This document shows, one piece after another, positions 50,119 through 63,085 of a DNA stretch of 64,000 bases. The notes below the pieces were generated by a model that worked only from the letters and a program-made list of their open reading frames with translations, searched no databases and had not been told where the DNA came from. The stretch lies in contig JBNZDD010013714.1 in assembly GCA_050575255.1 (NCBI GenBank), forward strand, positions 8,749,900 to 8,813,899. The letters run 5' to 3'. The position numbers were made by a program, and so were the translations under genes. Origin of the DNA: Harriotta raleighana (Eukaryota). Within the stretch, counting starts at the first letter, position 1. Every line of letters begins with the position of its first letter.

Positions 50119-51699
50119 TAGTGTCTAGATTTAGTAGCATCAGCAAACATGTGTGTGTAAGAACTCTCCCATTCTAGTGTAATGAACATGTTGAGATCTG
50201 AAATCAAGTATATAAGGTTCTCATTTGATTCTCTAGGTCGAACCTCAGAGGCATTAATTTCCATACTCCGATGCATGTGCACTGCTCTATGCTCAGAGAT
50301 CCCTAAGCAACTTGGATGGATGGCTTCCACATTATAGTGCAGCTCAATGTCAACTCTTCTCTCTGTTATACAGCCGCAACCAGATTCAAGCAAATACCCA
50401 CAAAACTGGGTGATCAGATGAAGAACTATTTCTTGTATAGAAGGAGCAACTTTCAATCCCATTTCGAATACGTGCTCTGCACAGCTTTCCATTGTGAAAA
50501 ATATGGCTTGGCATCTAACATTTATCAATTGCATACTGAGAACATGTTACATGATCTCTAAAATGCAACAAGTCCTTTAGAAGGAATCTGAGTGAAATTT
50601 TGTTTCCATAACCAGAGGTACATCATGCTGAGAATGTAAATCGAGGAGCAGAGTTCCTGCAATTCCTTTCATGTCATTCCTGATTATGAATTCCCATTTG
50701 AATTCATCATGTTTTAAATTCCTTTTAATTGTCCTCAAATTTCCACCTGTATCACAACTGAGTGTCCAGATTAATTCCTGTGGAAACTCTTGCACTGCAA
50801 TCATCTGCCCACCAGTGAATACTCTAGATTATACAATAGTCAGGCACAGCAGTGACAGGTCAGACTGAAGAAATTAACCCACCATTAAAGATGGCTTCCC
50901 ACATGAGCAGAAATGCTAGCATCAGTCACTCATGGCCTTTTAAAAGGCATTAACAAGCTCAATTGCCTATTTTAATTATATTTACTGCACTGCTTAACGG
51001 CACTTTCTGACACAGAGCAGAATAGGTCATTCTCGGTACAAATTCATTACCGGGAACGATCTGTTCTGTGCACCCATTTACTCCAATATAACTGCTCACT
51101 AATGTTAGTGAACATAACAAAATAGCCCCATTGTCACTTTCTGGTTCACTTTTCAGTAAATCACAAATTCCCAGTTTGTATCCTACTTGGAGCTTATTCG
51201 TTCTGCTGCCTCTTCAGGTTATATGACATTGGTTGGCTTTTCTTGTTGCAAAGCGTATACTTACTGAAAGATATTAAAATAGAAAAGTAATTGTATCTGC
51301 CCCCATTGATTTTCATTATCAAAATCACTAATGTACAATTAATACTGGACCTGTATTGACTCAGGGGTACACTCGCCAGTAAAGTAGGGAGGGATTCATT
51401 TTCCATCTATTTTTATTCACTCAACTCAAATTTACTCTAAAAGGTGCATACTTGGTTCTCTGGCTATTCGTTCAGCTTGATTCCAACTGGAACTTTCAAC
51501 AGGTCTGTGCCTGTGCAACAAAATTACATGATGGTGATGCTCAATTTGGGGTAAATTTCAGGTTATTAAGTGCACCAGGGCATAAAAGCATTTGTGTATT
51601 GTGCCACACAGACCCGGACTCTGGGCTTTAAATTCCCAGGTTTTGGTTAACATTTGTAACCAGGTTCTTGTACACGTCTCCAAGTAAACTGTGACTGAT

Positions 51700-51837
51700 G
51701 GTTTCCACTCAACTACTCCACCTCGCATCAGACCTTGGCAGCTCTTTCTTGCTGTCAGACTCCACCACTGACAAATGCTCCGTGAGGCTCCCCTTTGTGC
51801 AGGGCCCTATATTAATGTAAGTTGTTGTTGTTGTTGT
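51700..51837 (+). mobile_element. L2 3' end
   Basis: gggccctatattaatgtaag followed by a (TTG)n tail. Confidence 0.6.
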
Positions 51838-53303
51838 CCCAAGTTGCAGCAATACGTGTAATGTTTCATTTGCTTTCTTTTAACATAATTTGAATATGCA
51901 TCTCTTTATTTTTCTATATAGTACAGTATATAGAAAGTATAGAAATAAATGTACTTTACTGCTTGAATGATTAATATATAGTCAAAAAGACAATTGCTTC
52001 CAAAATATTAGAGTTTAAATGAAAAGACTCATGATCCTTAAGACTACCACTGTTTCCCACCGCCAAACCCCCACCCCAATGAAATAGCAGATCAATGAGT
52101 GGCAGAAGTAACAATTGTATTACATTGAACAGCATCACCACAGTCTTCCCCACAGAGAGGCAGGAGGATGGGAAACTCGGAGAGATTTGTCCTTAGGCTA
52201 CGACCACATGCCTCACAACCACTGGCTGGCTGGATGGTTCACAGCATGTTTGTGGGAGAACAGGCCGTAGAACAGGTTACCCTAGGAACCTCTCAGCTGC
52301 AGGATGTGGGTGAACCGGCAAAAGCAGGTGACTGAGAGAAGGTAGAGAGATGGATTTGATTCTATACCAAAAAATGTAAGCTGCAAATGACTCAAAGAGG
52401 TTTTTCAACACTTGATATAACCCTAATCTGTCAGAGCACACATTTTCTCAGTGTCAACTTTAATAGCCATTAAAGTGACAGCATTGCTTTTGCACTTTAT
52501 AGGTTGAATGTACAAATACTAAAATATGTATTATACACCCACAGTTTATTTATCATGTTTCCAATGCATCTGAAGATATTTTTCTACTTTAATGTGTACA
52601 TCAACAAATTGTTTGTTTACAATTTTGTATGGATTCTTAGGAATTTCTTAAGAATGTAAACTTTATTGATTTTTAAAAACCTATATTTTTCTTCACATGT
52701 TGCTCGCCACTCTATGCACTCTTTGAAAAAGGCAGAAGATTGTATGGGACACAAATCCACAGCCATCACAAATGCTTCCTTGGAGTCCAGTCAGACAATA
52801 GCAAGCTTGACTCTCTATAGTGAACTACGTCACCATCACAAATCATCTTAGCTAAGAATTCAGCAAACTCAAACACCATTGAGGCAGGTATGTTTAAGTG
52901 ACAGACAGCCCCGAGGCTTGAACTTGTAACCTCTGTTTGAGAACTGAGCTTGAAATTCATAATCAAGACTGACAAAAGTGTCACTCTATGTGTGACTGGA
53001 AAACACCGTAAGAACTAATTCAGATAACACGATATGAATGTGCAGTAAAACTAATGGAAATGAATAACATTCCCAATGCATTTTACGTTCTGGAAATAAC
53101 AACAAATATTAAAACGTTTAGAAAATTAATGAGTTTTCCACATGGAAGAAATTTATGAACCGGATAAAATCACATTTGCTACTAAATAAATTAATAAACA
53201 CCCCAGTAATTGTTTTCCAGCAGAAATTCAGCAACTGTGCATCTTTTCCAAAATTCCAGATTATCAAAAAGAACGGTACCTTCTGTCTTACTTCAGCCAG
53301 CAG

Positions 53304-53558
53304 AATAACAATAATAATAATAATTCTTGCATAACACTTGATATAGTGCTTTTCATGTCTTCTAGGCATCTCAAAGCATTTCACAGAATATAGTGTAAAG
53401 TGAATCGATTATATTTGTGGGAGAAACGCGGCAGCCATTTCTGCACAGCACTGTCCCACAAACAGTCGTGGATTGAAACGACCAATTTATAATAGTTATT
53501 TTTGGACAGATTATTATTAGACATGTAGAGTTAGGAAACTTGCTCAAGGTTTTGCCCT
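53304..53558 (-). mobile_element. SINE, nearly full length but lacking most of the tRNA head
   Basis: Colinear with 24437-24680. Confidence 0.9.
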
Positions 53559-53644
53559 ATAATGTGTGTACCACAAGTGTAACATTTATAAATGCTACTT
53601 GTGAAAATATTTTGTTGATGAATCATTGTCTAAATGAATTTTTA

Positions 53645-53865
53645 AAAATTACATTTGTATAGCGCCATTTTCGTCGGTAGGACATTCCAAGACAGTGAAC
53701 AGTTGGGGATCAGGACCCGAGCATGGGGGCAGGTTTGGGATAAGGGAGGGTAGAAAGGTAAGAGGACAGCTGAAGGTACAGTCGAAAAGGAGTTGTGTTT
53801 TGAGTTGTGCCTTTAAGGAGGCAAGGGAGGAAGCAACACAAAGGGATTTTGGGAAGGAGGGGAAA
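53645..53865 (-). mobile_element. L2 3' fragment
   Basis: Translation PKSLCVASSLASLKAQLKTQLLFD; 3' UTR colinear with 28650-28880. Confidence 0.85.
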
Positions 53866-55445
53866 AGCCTCAATTCTAAATAGAATTTTGTTCTTGCGCT
53901 AATAGTTCCTCCCTCAATTCTTATTTCATTTAGAAGCCTGGTCTCAGTTTGACTGTGCATACGCACAAAAGAGCTGCTTGTCTGGTTCATGCCAGGAACA
54001 AAGCCATCTGTTTTAACTATGGGTTGTTAGCTAAAAGATGTTTATCATACTGTAAACATTGCAAAACTGACTTGTGGTCAAACATATGCGGTTGCCTTTA
54101 AACTCAAATAGATTACACAGGCACTGCTAGAGTTAACAAGGCTGCAGTTAGCAGCAGAATAACTACTAGGACCCACTGCATTAAACTTTTGATCTCATAA
54201 AGATATTTGTAATGGAGATTCTCAGCCTAACTTTCGTGGGCCAGCCTTTGAGTTCCTCTTTGTTACCAAGTTTCAATAAGCTGTTAGACACAGTTGGTTA
54301 AAGCTGAAGCAGTTTATCAAGACACAAAAAAGCAGGGAATCAATCATTCCAGCCAAGCAGTGTGACATGCCCCAATCATATATGACCACCAAGCAATTAG
54401 TCCTGTTACAGCAGATTTCAATCCATCCAGAATAGAGCAAGGCAACTTCAATCAAATAAATAGAGTAGTTCTGTTTCATGCAAAGTTACAGCTGCAGCTT
54501 AAGTTCTTAGTAGGCATACCACTTGTAACAAGACACACCTCAAATGAATCTGGTATCAGTAAAATATCTTTTGGCTTGAAACTATGTCTCAGACTTCAAA
54601 CAATCACATTCCCTTAACATCTGTTAATAACTAGTAAGGTTGTCACCCAGCCACCTATTGGAGGTTTTACTGGCAATAGAGTTGTTGTATTTTGTTAACT
54701 CCTCTCCTTGAAGAGCAGACTTTCCTACCCTTCATTACTAGAATGCCACAACACAACCCAGGTAATTCGCAAGTCCAGCTCCCCTGAACAGCTCGCCGAG
54801 TGAGATTCCACCAATGTGGTAATAGAGCCAACCTGTTCTCAGGTACCCCTTGGGGTCACTTCAAAGTTGTGTTAGCAGAGATCTAGGAACTCTTTATTTT
54901 CACATTTCCCCCTTCCTGACACCCTTGGACCTGTGAGGTAGTGGGACAAGTGCAAAAGAATGAGGGGTGGAGATGGCGGGGCAACAGTCAAAGTAAAGAA
55001 AGTAATCTGTTATTACTGATACTAATAGCACATGCAGTCTTCACATGTTATGTATCCCTAGTGGACTTTCAGGAAAAAGCAGCTGTTTGAATAGCAAGTT
55101 CTTCTAATAAGTGTGAAAGTGAGATGAGTTCCAATAAATGCTAATAAGATTTGGCTAATTCCAGTATGTTCCAAGTGTTTTTATATATATTTTTAAATTG
55201 TAATATAACCTCAATACATTTGGAGTAATTTCTCTCAGTTCATTCCCCTACAATATAAGTGTGCCAAACACATAGAATTCATCTTATATTCTGCACAGTT
55301 CAAAGGCCATTGATGAGCTAAAGTACATGACAATTTGTCTGCACTTCGAATCTCATGAAGTTAGCTGAAAAAATTATTACTAAAAAAAAAGTAATGGTAT
55401 CTGTTATGTAATTTAAGCACAGGTGTAAGCACAGCTGTATTATGT

Positions 55446-55965
55446 GGAGTCATGTGGCTCAGTGGTTAGAGTATTCACTTGCAAGCAAGAGACCTGGGTT
55501 CAATTGCTTTGGGCAAGTTTTCTTACTCCACATGCCTGATAATCATCCTTCAAGAAAAAAAATTGTTCACTTGTATCCACGATTATTTGTGGGACACTAA
55601 TGTGTGCAATTGACTGCCGTGTTTCTCCCACAAATATACAGTCATTTCACTTTACAGTATATTCTATGAAGCACTTTGAGACATAGATTCATAGATTCAT
55701 AGAAGTTTACGGCACAAAAGGATGCCATTCGGCCCATCTAGTCTGTGCCGGCTCTTTGAAAAGAGCGATTTAATCCCACTGCCCTGCTCGCTCCCCATAG
55801 CCTAATAGACCTGTTCTCCCTAAATAAAGATCTAATTCCCTTTTAAAAGTTGTTATCGAATCAGCCTCCACCACCTTTTCAGGCAATGCATTCCAGATTC
55901 GAACAAGACTGAAAGCATCTAGAAGACTGAAAGCACTATATCAAATGCAAGGATTATAATTATGT
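55446..55965 (+). mobile_element. Full-length SINE split by a CR1 insertion
   Basis: A box TGGCTCAGTGG, B box GGTTCAA; body to about 55684; tail resumes at 55916. Confidence 0.9.
55682..55904 (-). mobile_element. CR1 3' end with (CTATGAAT)n tail nested in the SINE
   Basis: catagattcatagattcatagaag...gccattcggccc...cagcctccaccaccttttcaggcaatgcattccaga. Confidence 0.85.
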
Positions 55966-56089
55966 GAAATCGGTAAACCATGTAGCTAGAGAGAATTACA
56001 GATACACTTAATTATTGAGTAAAGACACTACCTATACAGTACTCTATTAAACATAGATAACAATGTGAAAAATATCTTGCATCTCATTC

Positions 56090-57005
56090 TGGGGTCGGGA
56101 TCTGGGAAGGTGGTGGGAAAGGATAAGAAGGGGGTGACCAATGGGACAGTCAAAGAGGAGGGTCTTGAGGCGGGACTGGAAGGAGGTTAGGGAGTGGGCG
56201 AGGTGGAGGGATGGCGAGATGGAATTCCAGAAGTTGGGGCAGAATGGCTAAAGGCTCACCTGCCGATGCTGGGGCAGATGGGTCGGGGAACAGATATCCT
56301 GAGCAGAGGGAACGGACAGGTTGGTAGTGGGTTAGGAGATTGCAGAGGTAGGGTGGGGCAAGGCCACAAAACGTTTTAAAGGTGAGGACCAGTATCTTGA
56401 ATTTAATCCTCTGGGTAATGGGAAGCCAATGGAGTCAAGCGAGAATGGGATAATAGAGTCATGCAGCTTGGGTGGGAGAGAACATGAGCTGCAGAGATCT
56501 GGATGATTAGCACGCTATGGAGGGAGGATTTGAGGAGGCTAACAAGCAAGGCATTGGCATAGTCGAGCCTGGATGTGATGAAGGCATGAGTGAGAGTTTC
56601 AGCGCCCTGAGGGGGTGAGGTAGTGGCAGATTCGGGCAATGTTGCGGAGGTGAGGGAAGGCAGAGCGAGTCATGGCATATGTTGGGCAGAAAAGACAGTT
56701 GAGGATCGAACAAGACACCTAGGTTCCTGACTGGCTTGGTGAGGTGGAGTGTGCAACCATGGAGGTTGATGCTGCCAGTGCCTGAGGTGAAGAAGTACTG
56801 GCGCGAGCTAATCAGGCGGGCCTTGGTCTTGTTGATATTCAACTATAGAAAGTTAACTCTCATCCAGTACTTGATGCCCGACAAGCAGTCTATCAGGACA
56901 GCAGTGGCCCTGGAACCGAGGTTGGAGGCAGAATGATAGCAAACTGACCCCCATGTCTGCGGATGATGTCACCAAGGGCGAGCATATAGATGTTGAAAAG
57001 GAGAG
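56090..57005 (-). mobile_element. L2 LINE fragment (RT region and C-terminus), frameshifted
   Basis: Peptides NINKTKARLI...VRNLGVLFDPQLSF and AETLTHAFITSRLDYANALL. Confidence 0.95.
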
Positions 57006-57033
57006 TGAGCAATTCATTTGTGCAAGTTGAGTG

Positions 57034-57798
57034 ATAAGAACATAAGAACATAAGAATTAGGAGCAGGAGTAGGCCATTCGACCCTTCGAGCCTGCCCCGC
57101 CATTCAATAAGATCATGGTTGATCTTCTTACCTAACTCTAATTACCTGCCCTATCTCATAAACCGTAATCCCTCTATTTTTACAAAATCTTTCATTCTCA
57201 ACCTTGAAAATGTTCAAGGACTGAGCATCTACAGCCTTCTGAGATAGTGAATTCCATAAATTCACTACCCTCTGAGTGAAGAAATGTTTCTTCAACTCTG
57301 TTTTAAAAGACTGCCGGTTAATTTTAAGACTGTGACCCCTGGTTATAGATTCTCCTACCAGGGGAAACAGTTCCTCAGTGTCTACTTTATCCAGCCCTTT
57401 ACGAATCTTATATATTTCAATAAAATCCCTCCTAATTCTTCTGTACTCTAGAGAATACAGCCCTAGTTTATTCAACCTATCCTCATAGGTCAGTCCTCTC
57501 ATCCCAGGAACTAACCTAGTGAATCTACGCTGCACCCCCTCTAAGGCAAGTATGTCCTTTTTTAAATAAGGAGACCAAAACTGCACACAATACTCTAGCT
57601 GCGGACTCACCAAAGCCCTATACAGTTATAATAATAATAATAATAATAATAATCCTTGTTGCAGCAAGACGTCCCTACTCTTGTACTCTAAACCTTTTGA
57701 AATAAACGCTAGCATGCCATTCGCCTTCTTAATTGCTTGCTGCACCTGCGCCTAACTTTTTGAGACTGCTGTACAAGGACACCCAAATCCCTTTGAAT
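57034..57798 (-). mobile_element. CR1 LINE 3' fragment with (TTCTTATG)n tail
   Basis: Open ORF2 C-terminus LEYCVQFWSPYLKKDILALEGVQRRFTRLVPGMRGLTYEDRL...TRGHSLK...FFTQRVVNLWNSL. Confidence 0.97.
57628..57658 (-). repeat. (TAA)8 plus CCTTG: minimal SINE-tail insertion inside CR1
   Basis: Reverse complement CAAGG(ATT)n is the SINE terminus; it interrupts CR1 tacagtt^gcagcaag. Confidence 0.75.
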
Positions 57799-58325
57799 AT
57801 GAGAGGGAAAGGTGATGTATCACTTTGGTAGGAATATGACATACTCCAACTTCCTTTGAGTTTAACGATTAGAACCTTAATTTTCAGTCATTCTGACCTC
57901 GAAATAAATTCCATTGTTCCAACATTGTAGTATATTTCTAATCATTTTCTGTGTGCAGAAACAACAGCATAACATAGCACAAACATGTGTGTTTGTACAA
58001 CACAAACACAGAAAAGCTGACTTGTATCTGTTCAATCTGGATGGACTGAAGGTACGGAATATTTTTTCAAAATATTACACAAGATCAGTCATGTGCAAAA
58101 GACAGATGCTCATTCTATCAAATAAACTCACCATTGTTTCTAAATAAATAAACCTAACCGAAAGGAAGTATACATAGTATAGTATATGACACACTTATAA
58201 AGGACACTCCATTATAACAATATCGCGGAGCTTGGCTTCTGACTTACACTCTTACTTTGAAATGTTTTATTGTTGTTACCTGAAAATGTAGAGTTAAAAT
58301 CCACTTTTATTTTGTTTTTGCAGGG

Positions 58326-58375
58326 AACAACAACAACGACAAAATTACCCTTGTAGAGCGCCTTTCACTTCCCGA
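58326..58375 (-). mobile_element. L2 3' terminus
   Basis: aacaacaacaacgacaaaatt...tagagcgcctttcac. Confidence 0.65.
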
Positions 58376-60358
58376 GGGAAATATGATTGTTTGAAACCCT
58401 CTAAATGATTACTGAGGACAAATACTGAAAACCTGTTCCTTGATGTGTTTTATTGTTTTCAGTCATTTGTGATACCAACACTGAAATTGCATGTCATGTT
58501 GTCACATCAGTTCAGAGGAAGCATGATGGCACTGTGCATTGGCACTCCAACGTGCCAGTCCATAGAATTGCTAAGACTCCATGTCCATGTCTGGTGGCTT
58601 CAGCCTCTGCTGCAATATAGAGATAATGGGCAGAGGTCAGGTACTTCCCTCAGGATGCTCTTCACATCTCCTACTAGCAATCGGCTATAGAGCAAAGGTT
58701 GTTGAAGACCAGGAGCACATTTCTAGCCCGTACTCACAGCTAGGAATAATGCATGGTGCGGGGAGAATGAGAGGCAAATCAATCACAGAATAATTCAATT
58801 CACATCAAAGTATCCAGCACTTGATTACAGTATTGATTTCTATTTTCAGACAATTTTAGCTAATAAACACAGATTAACCAGTGACTACTCTTGCCTTCTA
58901 ATGCAATGCAGGTGCTAGGATTCGCTGCCCTTCCAAAGTGCTCGCAATTTTCTCACAGTTGTTCGATAAGTGCTTCACTTATGAGCTGGGCTGATACTTA
59001 GACCTCTGCATGGAGGTCAGGCATTACATCTTAGGATGGAAAAACATCTGGCATAAACCTTCAATTTTCTCCTTCCCTTAGTTGGGGCTCCCAGTCAGTT
59101 GTGTGAAGTACTTTGAGATTTCTTCCCAACATGAAAGGCACTATAATCATAAATACTTTGACTCATTCCTCCTCCCAGCTGGTTAAAAATCTGCATTTAC
59201 AGTCACTATGGAAAAGTCTTCAGACCTATGCATGAGAGGGAAAGGTGATGAGCTGTACCAACAAGGGAGAATAACAGAGGGCAAACAAATATAAAACCTG
59301 CAATATATTTTAGACAAGATCTGAGCTTTCTCGTGGAGAAAACATTAATCCAAAATCAAATTGCATTAAAAAAAACTAACTGACTAAATAACTAATTCTA
59401 TTGATCACGAAGGCCGTAGAAAAATGTGTAGATGTTAGTAATCAGAAAAGGGGGGCCTTGAAAGTTTTAGATAGATAAGTGAATGGGAAATATCTCCTTT
59501 GTAACCTGAAAAGCTAAAACACAGAACCAGTCCTGTGAGGTTGAGGTGCAGCTGGTTGTAGTACACAGCCAGATGGAGATAGATACATTTCCCAAGTGAA
59601 CAATTGTTTTCATTCTGCTACTGTGCCACAAGAAATTATAAGTGGAAAGTAAAATAGAACTAAATATCTTCAATCTACTCTTGTGATCAGTGATAAATAC
59701 ATCCCTACATGCTAAAGGTCACTGGAAGTCTGCGCTACAATTGACTGCTGTCTAATAGTAAGGGCGTGTGGTTATACTGCCACCAAATGTCTTAAAACAA
59801 TATTAGCAAGCCAGGCTTTTAGCAACACATTACACACTGTGTTCACATCCATGTCACGCATGGGTAATAGTGAGAATAAAAATATTTCTGTAACATACAC
59901 TGGCAGCATCAGGTGTTATCAGTTCTGACATATATGGTCTGCCATTCTAAACTTCAGCCATCATTTGCAAGTCTCTACATTGGGAAATAAAAATCCTCTT
60001 GCACCAATTAGCTGAAGCTCATTCTGTTTTGTGTAATAACAAGGACAATTTTTGTTGATGTTTTTCAATCCACATGAAAAGCACACCACACTGAATCAGG
60101 AATTTTACTGATCCAATTCACACTCTCATTCATACAAATATTGCTCACTTATTCATAACTGTTTACCACATTGGTTCACAAAATATTACAGTCGAACCAA
60201 GATTAATATAGTATTATTCATTTAACCTCTTTCATCAAAGGTAAAGTCATGTAACCAGCACACACTTTTAAAATAATATCTGATATATTTATTTTAATAT
60301 TTACATTTTAAATGTTGCTTTTAAGGGATTTAAGGCATTTTCAAGCACATTGGGTGAA

Positions 60359-60520
60359 TAATAATAACAATCCTTTTATTTGATTATAGCGCTTTTCATA
60401 TTCTCTAGACATCTCAAAGGGCTTCACAGAATACACTGGCTGTATATTTGTGGGCAAAATGCGACAGCCAATTGCACACAACAATGTCCCACAAACAGTG
60501 AGTGACCAAATCATTATTTA
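60359..60520 (-). mobile_element. 5'-truncated SINE
   Basis: Colinear with the family tail and body (tatagcgcttttca...cagccaattgcacac...gtcccacaaacag). Confidence 0.85.
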
Positions 60521-60917
60521 TTTTAGGGTAGAAAGAGAAACGCATCTAACTGTGTGAGTCAATTGAACTGATTTGGGTGGATAAATGTAATCATTAACTT
60601 CAAATCCATCAATGGTCTAATATTCAATGCATAATTAACCCACAAAGACAAAAGGTCATTGATCTAAATTGAGGCCTCTGCTGAGTATCTGATCTCAGTC
60701 AAGGAAACAGTTGACATGTTCCAATTGGTGACCAGTCCATGTGGAACCCATAGTTACATGAAAGGAAAATGGAGTCCAATACTATCATTCCAGAAATATG
60801 TAACATTGGAAGATCCCCCAAAGTATCCAATTTGAGCTGCTTTTCACTTAAATGTACAGTATTTCAAAAATACATTTTCCAGAGATACTCTCCTGTGAGA
60901 GTATTGTTCAATCCTCT

Positions 60918-60982
60918 CAGCACTTTGGGACGTCATCCTGACATGAAAGACTCTCTATAAATGTAATTTTGGTTGTTGTTGT
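60918..60982 (+). mobile_element. L2 3' terminus
   Basis: gcactttgggacgtcatcctgacatgaaag...ctataaatgtaattttggttgttgttg. Confidence 0.75.
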
Positions 60983-61789
60983 GAAGCAGTCTGACCGATA
61001 TATCGTGAATTTGTCCAGTTCCGTATCTGTCCTTAAATGATTTTAAATTTGCCATTGGCCGTATGGAACTACGGACCAGTGCAAGCTTACCATTGATCAG
61101 ATCACCATGCCAAACACACAATAATGAATACAAGGTTGCAGATCTCAGTGATATACTTTGATCAAATAAATCAAGTCATCCAGATCAGTGTAATTGTAAA
61201 AGATTGCAGCCCAAACGAAAGAATGAGAATGATTTAAGAAGATGCAGAGAAATTTTTTGGTCCCCTCAGGTGGAACTATTTTCTTACCATTTCAGGGCGT
61301 GCAGAATTTGGCAGACTTTTTTAATTCATTATAATTTTGAAAACATTCCTCTCAGATTTCTAAATCCAGGTGAAATTTCTGTGTATATCCAGAAAGCAAT
61401 TAACCAAATTAGACTAATCTGATCTACTTCATTGACAGGACCAATCACCTGAACATATATTCTCTCCACCACAGTCAAAGCATCCTCACTTGTTAGATAC
61501 TACAGTATTACTAACCCCCAGGCATCTAATCTAGGTTGTGACTAAGTAACTCCACTGTTGACCATATTAACTCATTGAGAAAAGTCTTCATAAGTCATCA
61601 GGAAGCTGTAACCGACAGCGAGTCTTTACCTAAATAAAGGTTCTGGAATTCCTCAAGTAATTCAGTCATCTAATGGAGCAACAACAAGAATTTGCATTTA
61701 AACAGTATCCAGCCAGAGTCTGGAACCAATGAAATCTCCAAGCTACCTAAAGGTGAACCTCAAGGCTTTTTCTAACTGATTTTGAAAGA

Positions 61790-62270
61790 TTCCTGATATC
61801 AGGAAAGTGTATTCTCACTGGACATAACTAGACGTAAGACATAAGGCCCGGCCTCTAGAGATAGTGCAGAGGATAGCAACGAAAATGATCCCCACTGTTA
61901 GAAGAATAAGCAACAACAGGACAAGTTAGAGCTCATCAAGGATTGAGAGAAGGTGACTCAGATGAGACAACTCAGAAGAGTACAACATTTTAAATTGAAT
62001 TTAATTGATGTGTCATGCGTAGAACAAGAGGGAGTGGATTTGGAGTTGCAAAGGGTAATTTCAGGACAAATACCAGGTATAGCATTTCTTTATGCAGAGG
62101 GCAATCAACGATTGGAACAGAGCGTCAGGAAAAGGTGCTAGAGGTCAGGACTCTAGATTAATTTAAGAAGCAGCTTGATGCAGTGATTGTGGTGAAGAGA
62201 GGGTGGGTGTTCTGGAGAGAAGAGATTAAACGGGTCAAAGAGACTTCTTCACACAGATGATCTTGTGATC
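61790..62270 (+). mobile_element. Degenerate CR1 3' fragment
   Basis: ctagagatagtgcagaggatagcaacgaaaatgatccc encodes LEIVQRIATKMIP; later tttctttatgcagagggcaatcaacgattggaac (FFxQR...N.WN-like) and tttaagaagcagcttgat. Confidence 0.8.
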
Positions 62271-62798
62271 ATCCAAACTTCCTTCTCGAGAAACTCCACG
62301 CACCTACAAATGTGTGAGAATTCCCTGCTGTAGGGGTTCTCCCAGAAGAGTTCAGGAATTTCCAACTGCTGTTCAGGCATTTCCCTGCTGGATACACCAA
62401 GGCATCCTCAACAGATGTGAGGGTTTCCTCCCAACTGATGTTACAGATTTCCCCCACTAAATGTTTCATCCTTTCCTAATTAAAGCTTTGTGCTACTGGT
62501 GCTCTACTTTCCTTCCGGCTCAATTAAGACAGCAAAATGGCAGATTTGTAATTCTTTAAAACCAGAAATACCTTGCGATGTTGTGCTATTTTGTCAAAAA
62601 ACTGTAAAACACAGATTTATCTTTCCTTAACAATTAAAATCAAAGAGCCAAAGCAATTATAATCAGATCTGTTTGGATTTCTGACCAGGATTGGTGTTCA
62701 TTTCTCATTAAAATAATTAAATGCTTTAAATGGAAGTGGAAACAGCAGTTGAACAACTTGAATAATTCAGGACAATGCAGTGTTGAATCATGAGAACA

Positions 62799-62950
62799 TA
62801 TAATAATAATCCTTACATTTGATATGGCGCCTTATCACATCTTCAAGACATCTTAAAACGTATCACAGACTTTGAAAGTATATTCTATGAATGTAAAGTG
62901 TAGTCACTGTGTATTTTGTGGATGAAACGTGGCAACCAATTGCGCATAGC
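62799..62950 (-). mobile_element. SINE 3' fragment
   Basis: ataataataatccttacatttgatatggcgcc...gaaacgtggcaaccaattgcgcatagc. Confidence 0.85.
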
Positions 62951-62987
62951 GTTACATATGTAATATGTAGAATTACAGTGAAAATAC

Positions 62988-63085
62988 TCAGTGACTACAC
63001 TTTGCAATAAATTCTGTGAAGCTCTTTGAAATGTCCTCCCAACTTGAAAGATATTATACATCAAATGTAAGGCTTATTACTATTG
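62988..63085 (+). mobile_element. SINE 3' tail fragment
   Basis: cagtgactacactttg...ctgtgaagctctttgaaatgtcc...atcaaatgtaaggcttattactatt. Confidence 0.75.

Noticed and set aside
50001-50534. Longest ORF in the window (177 aa, minus)
   Set aside because: Runs across the MITE boundary and has no recognisable domain.
61255-61275. TTTGGTCCCCT resembling the miR-133 5' end
   Set aside because: The match stops after 11 nt and no precursor hairpin was seen.
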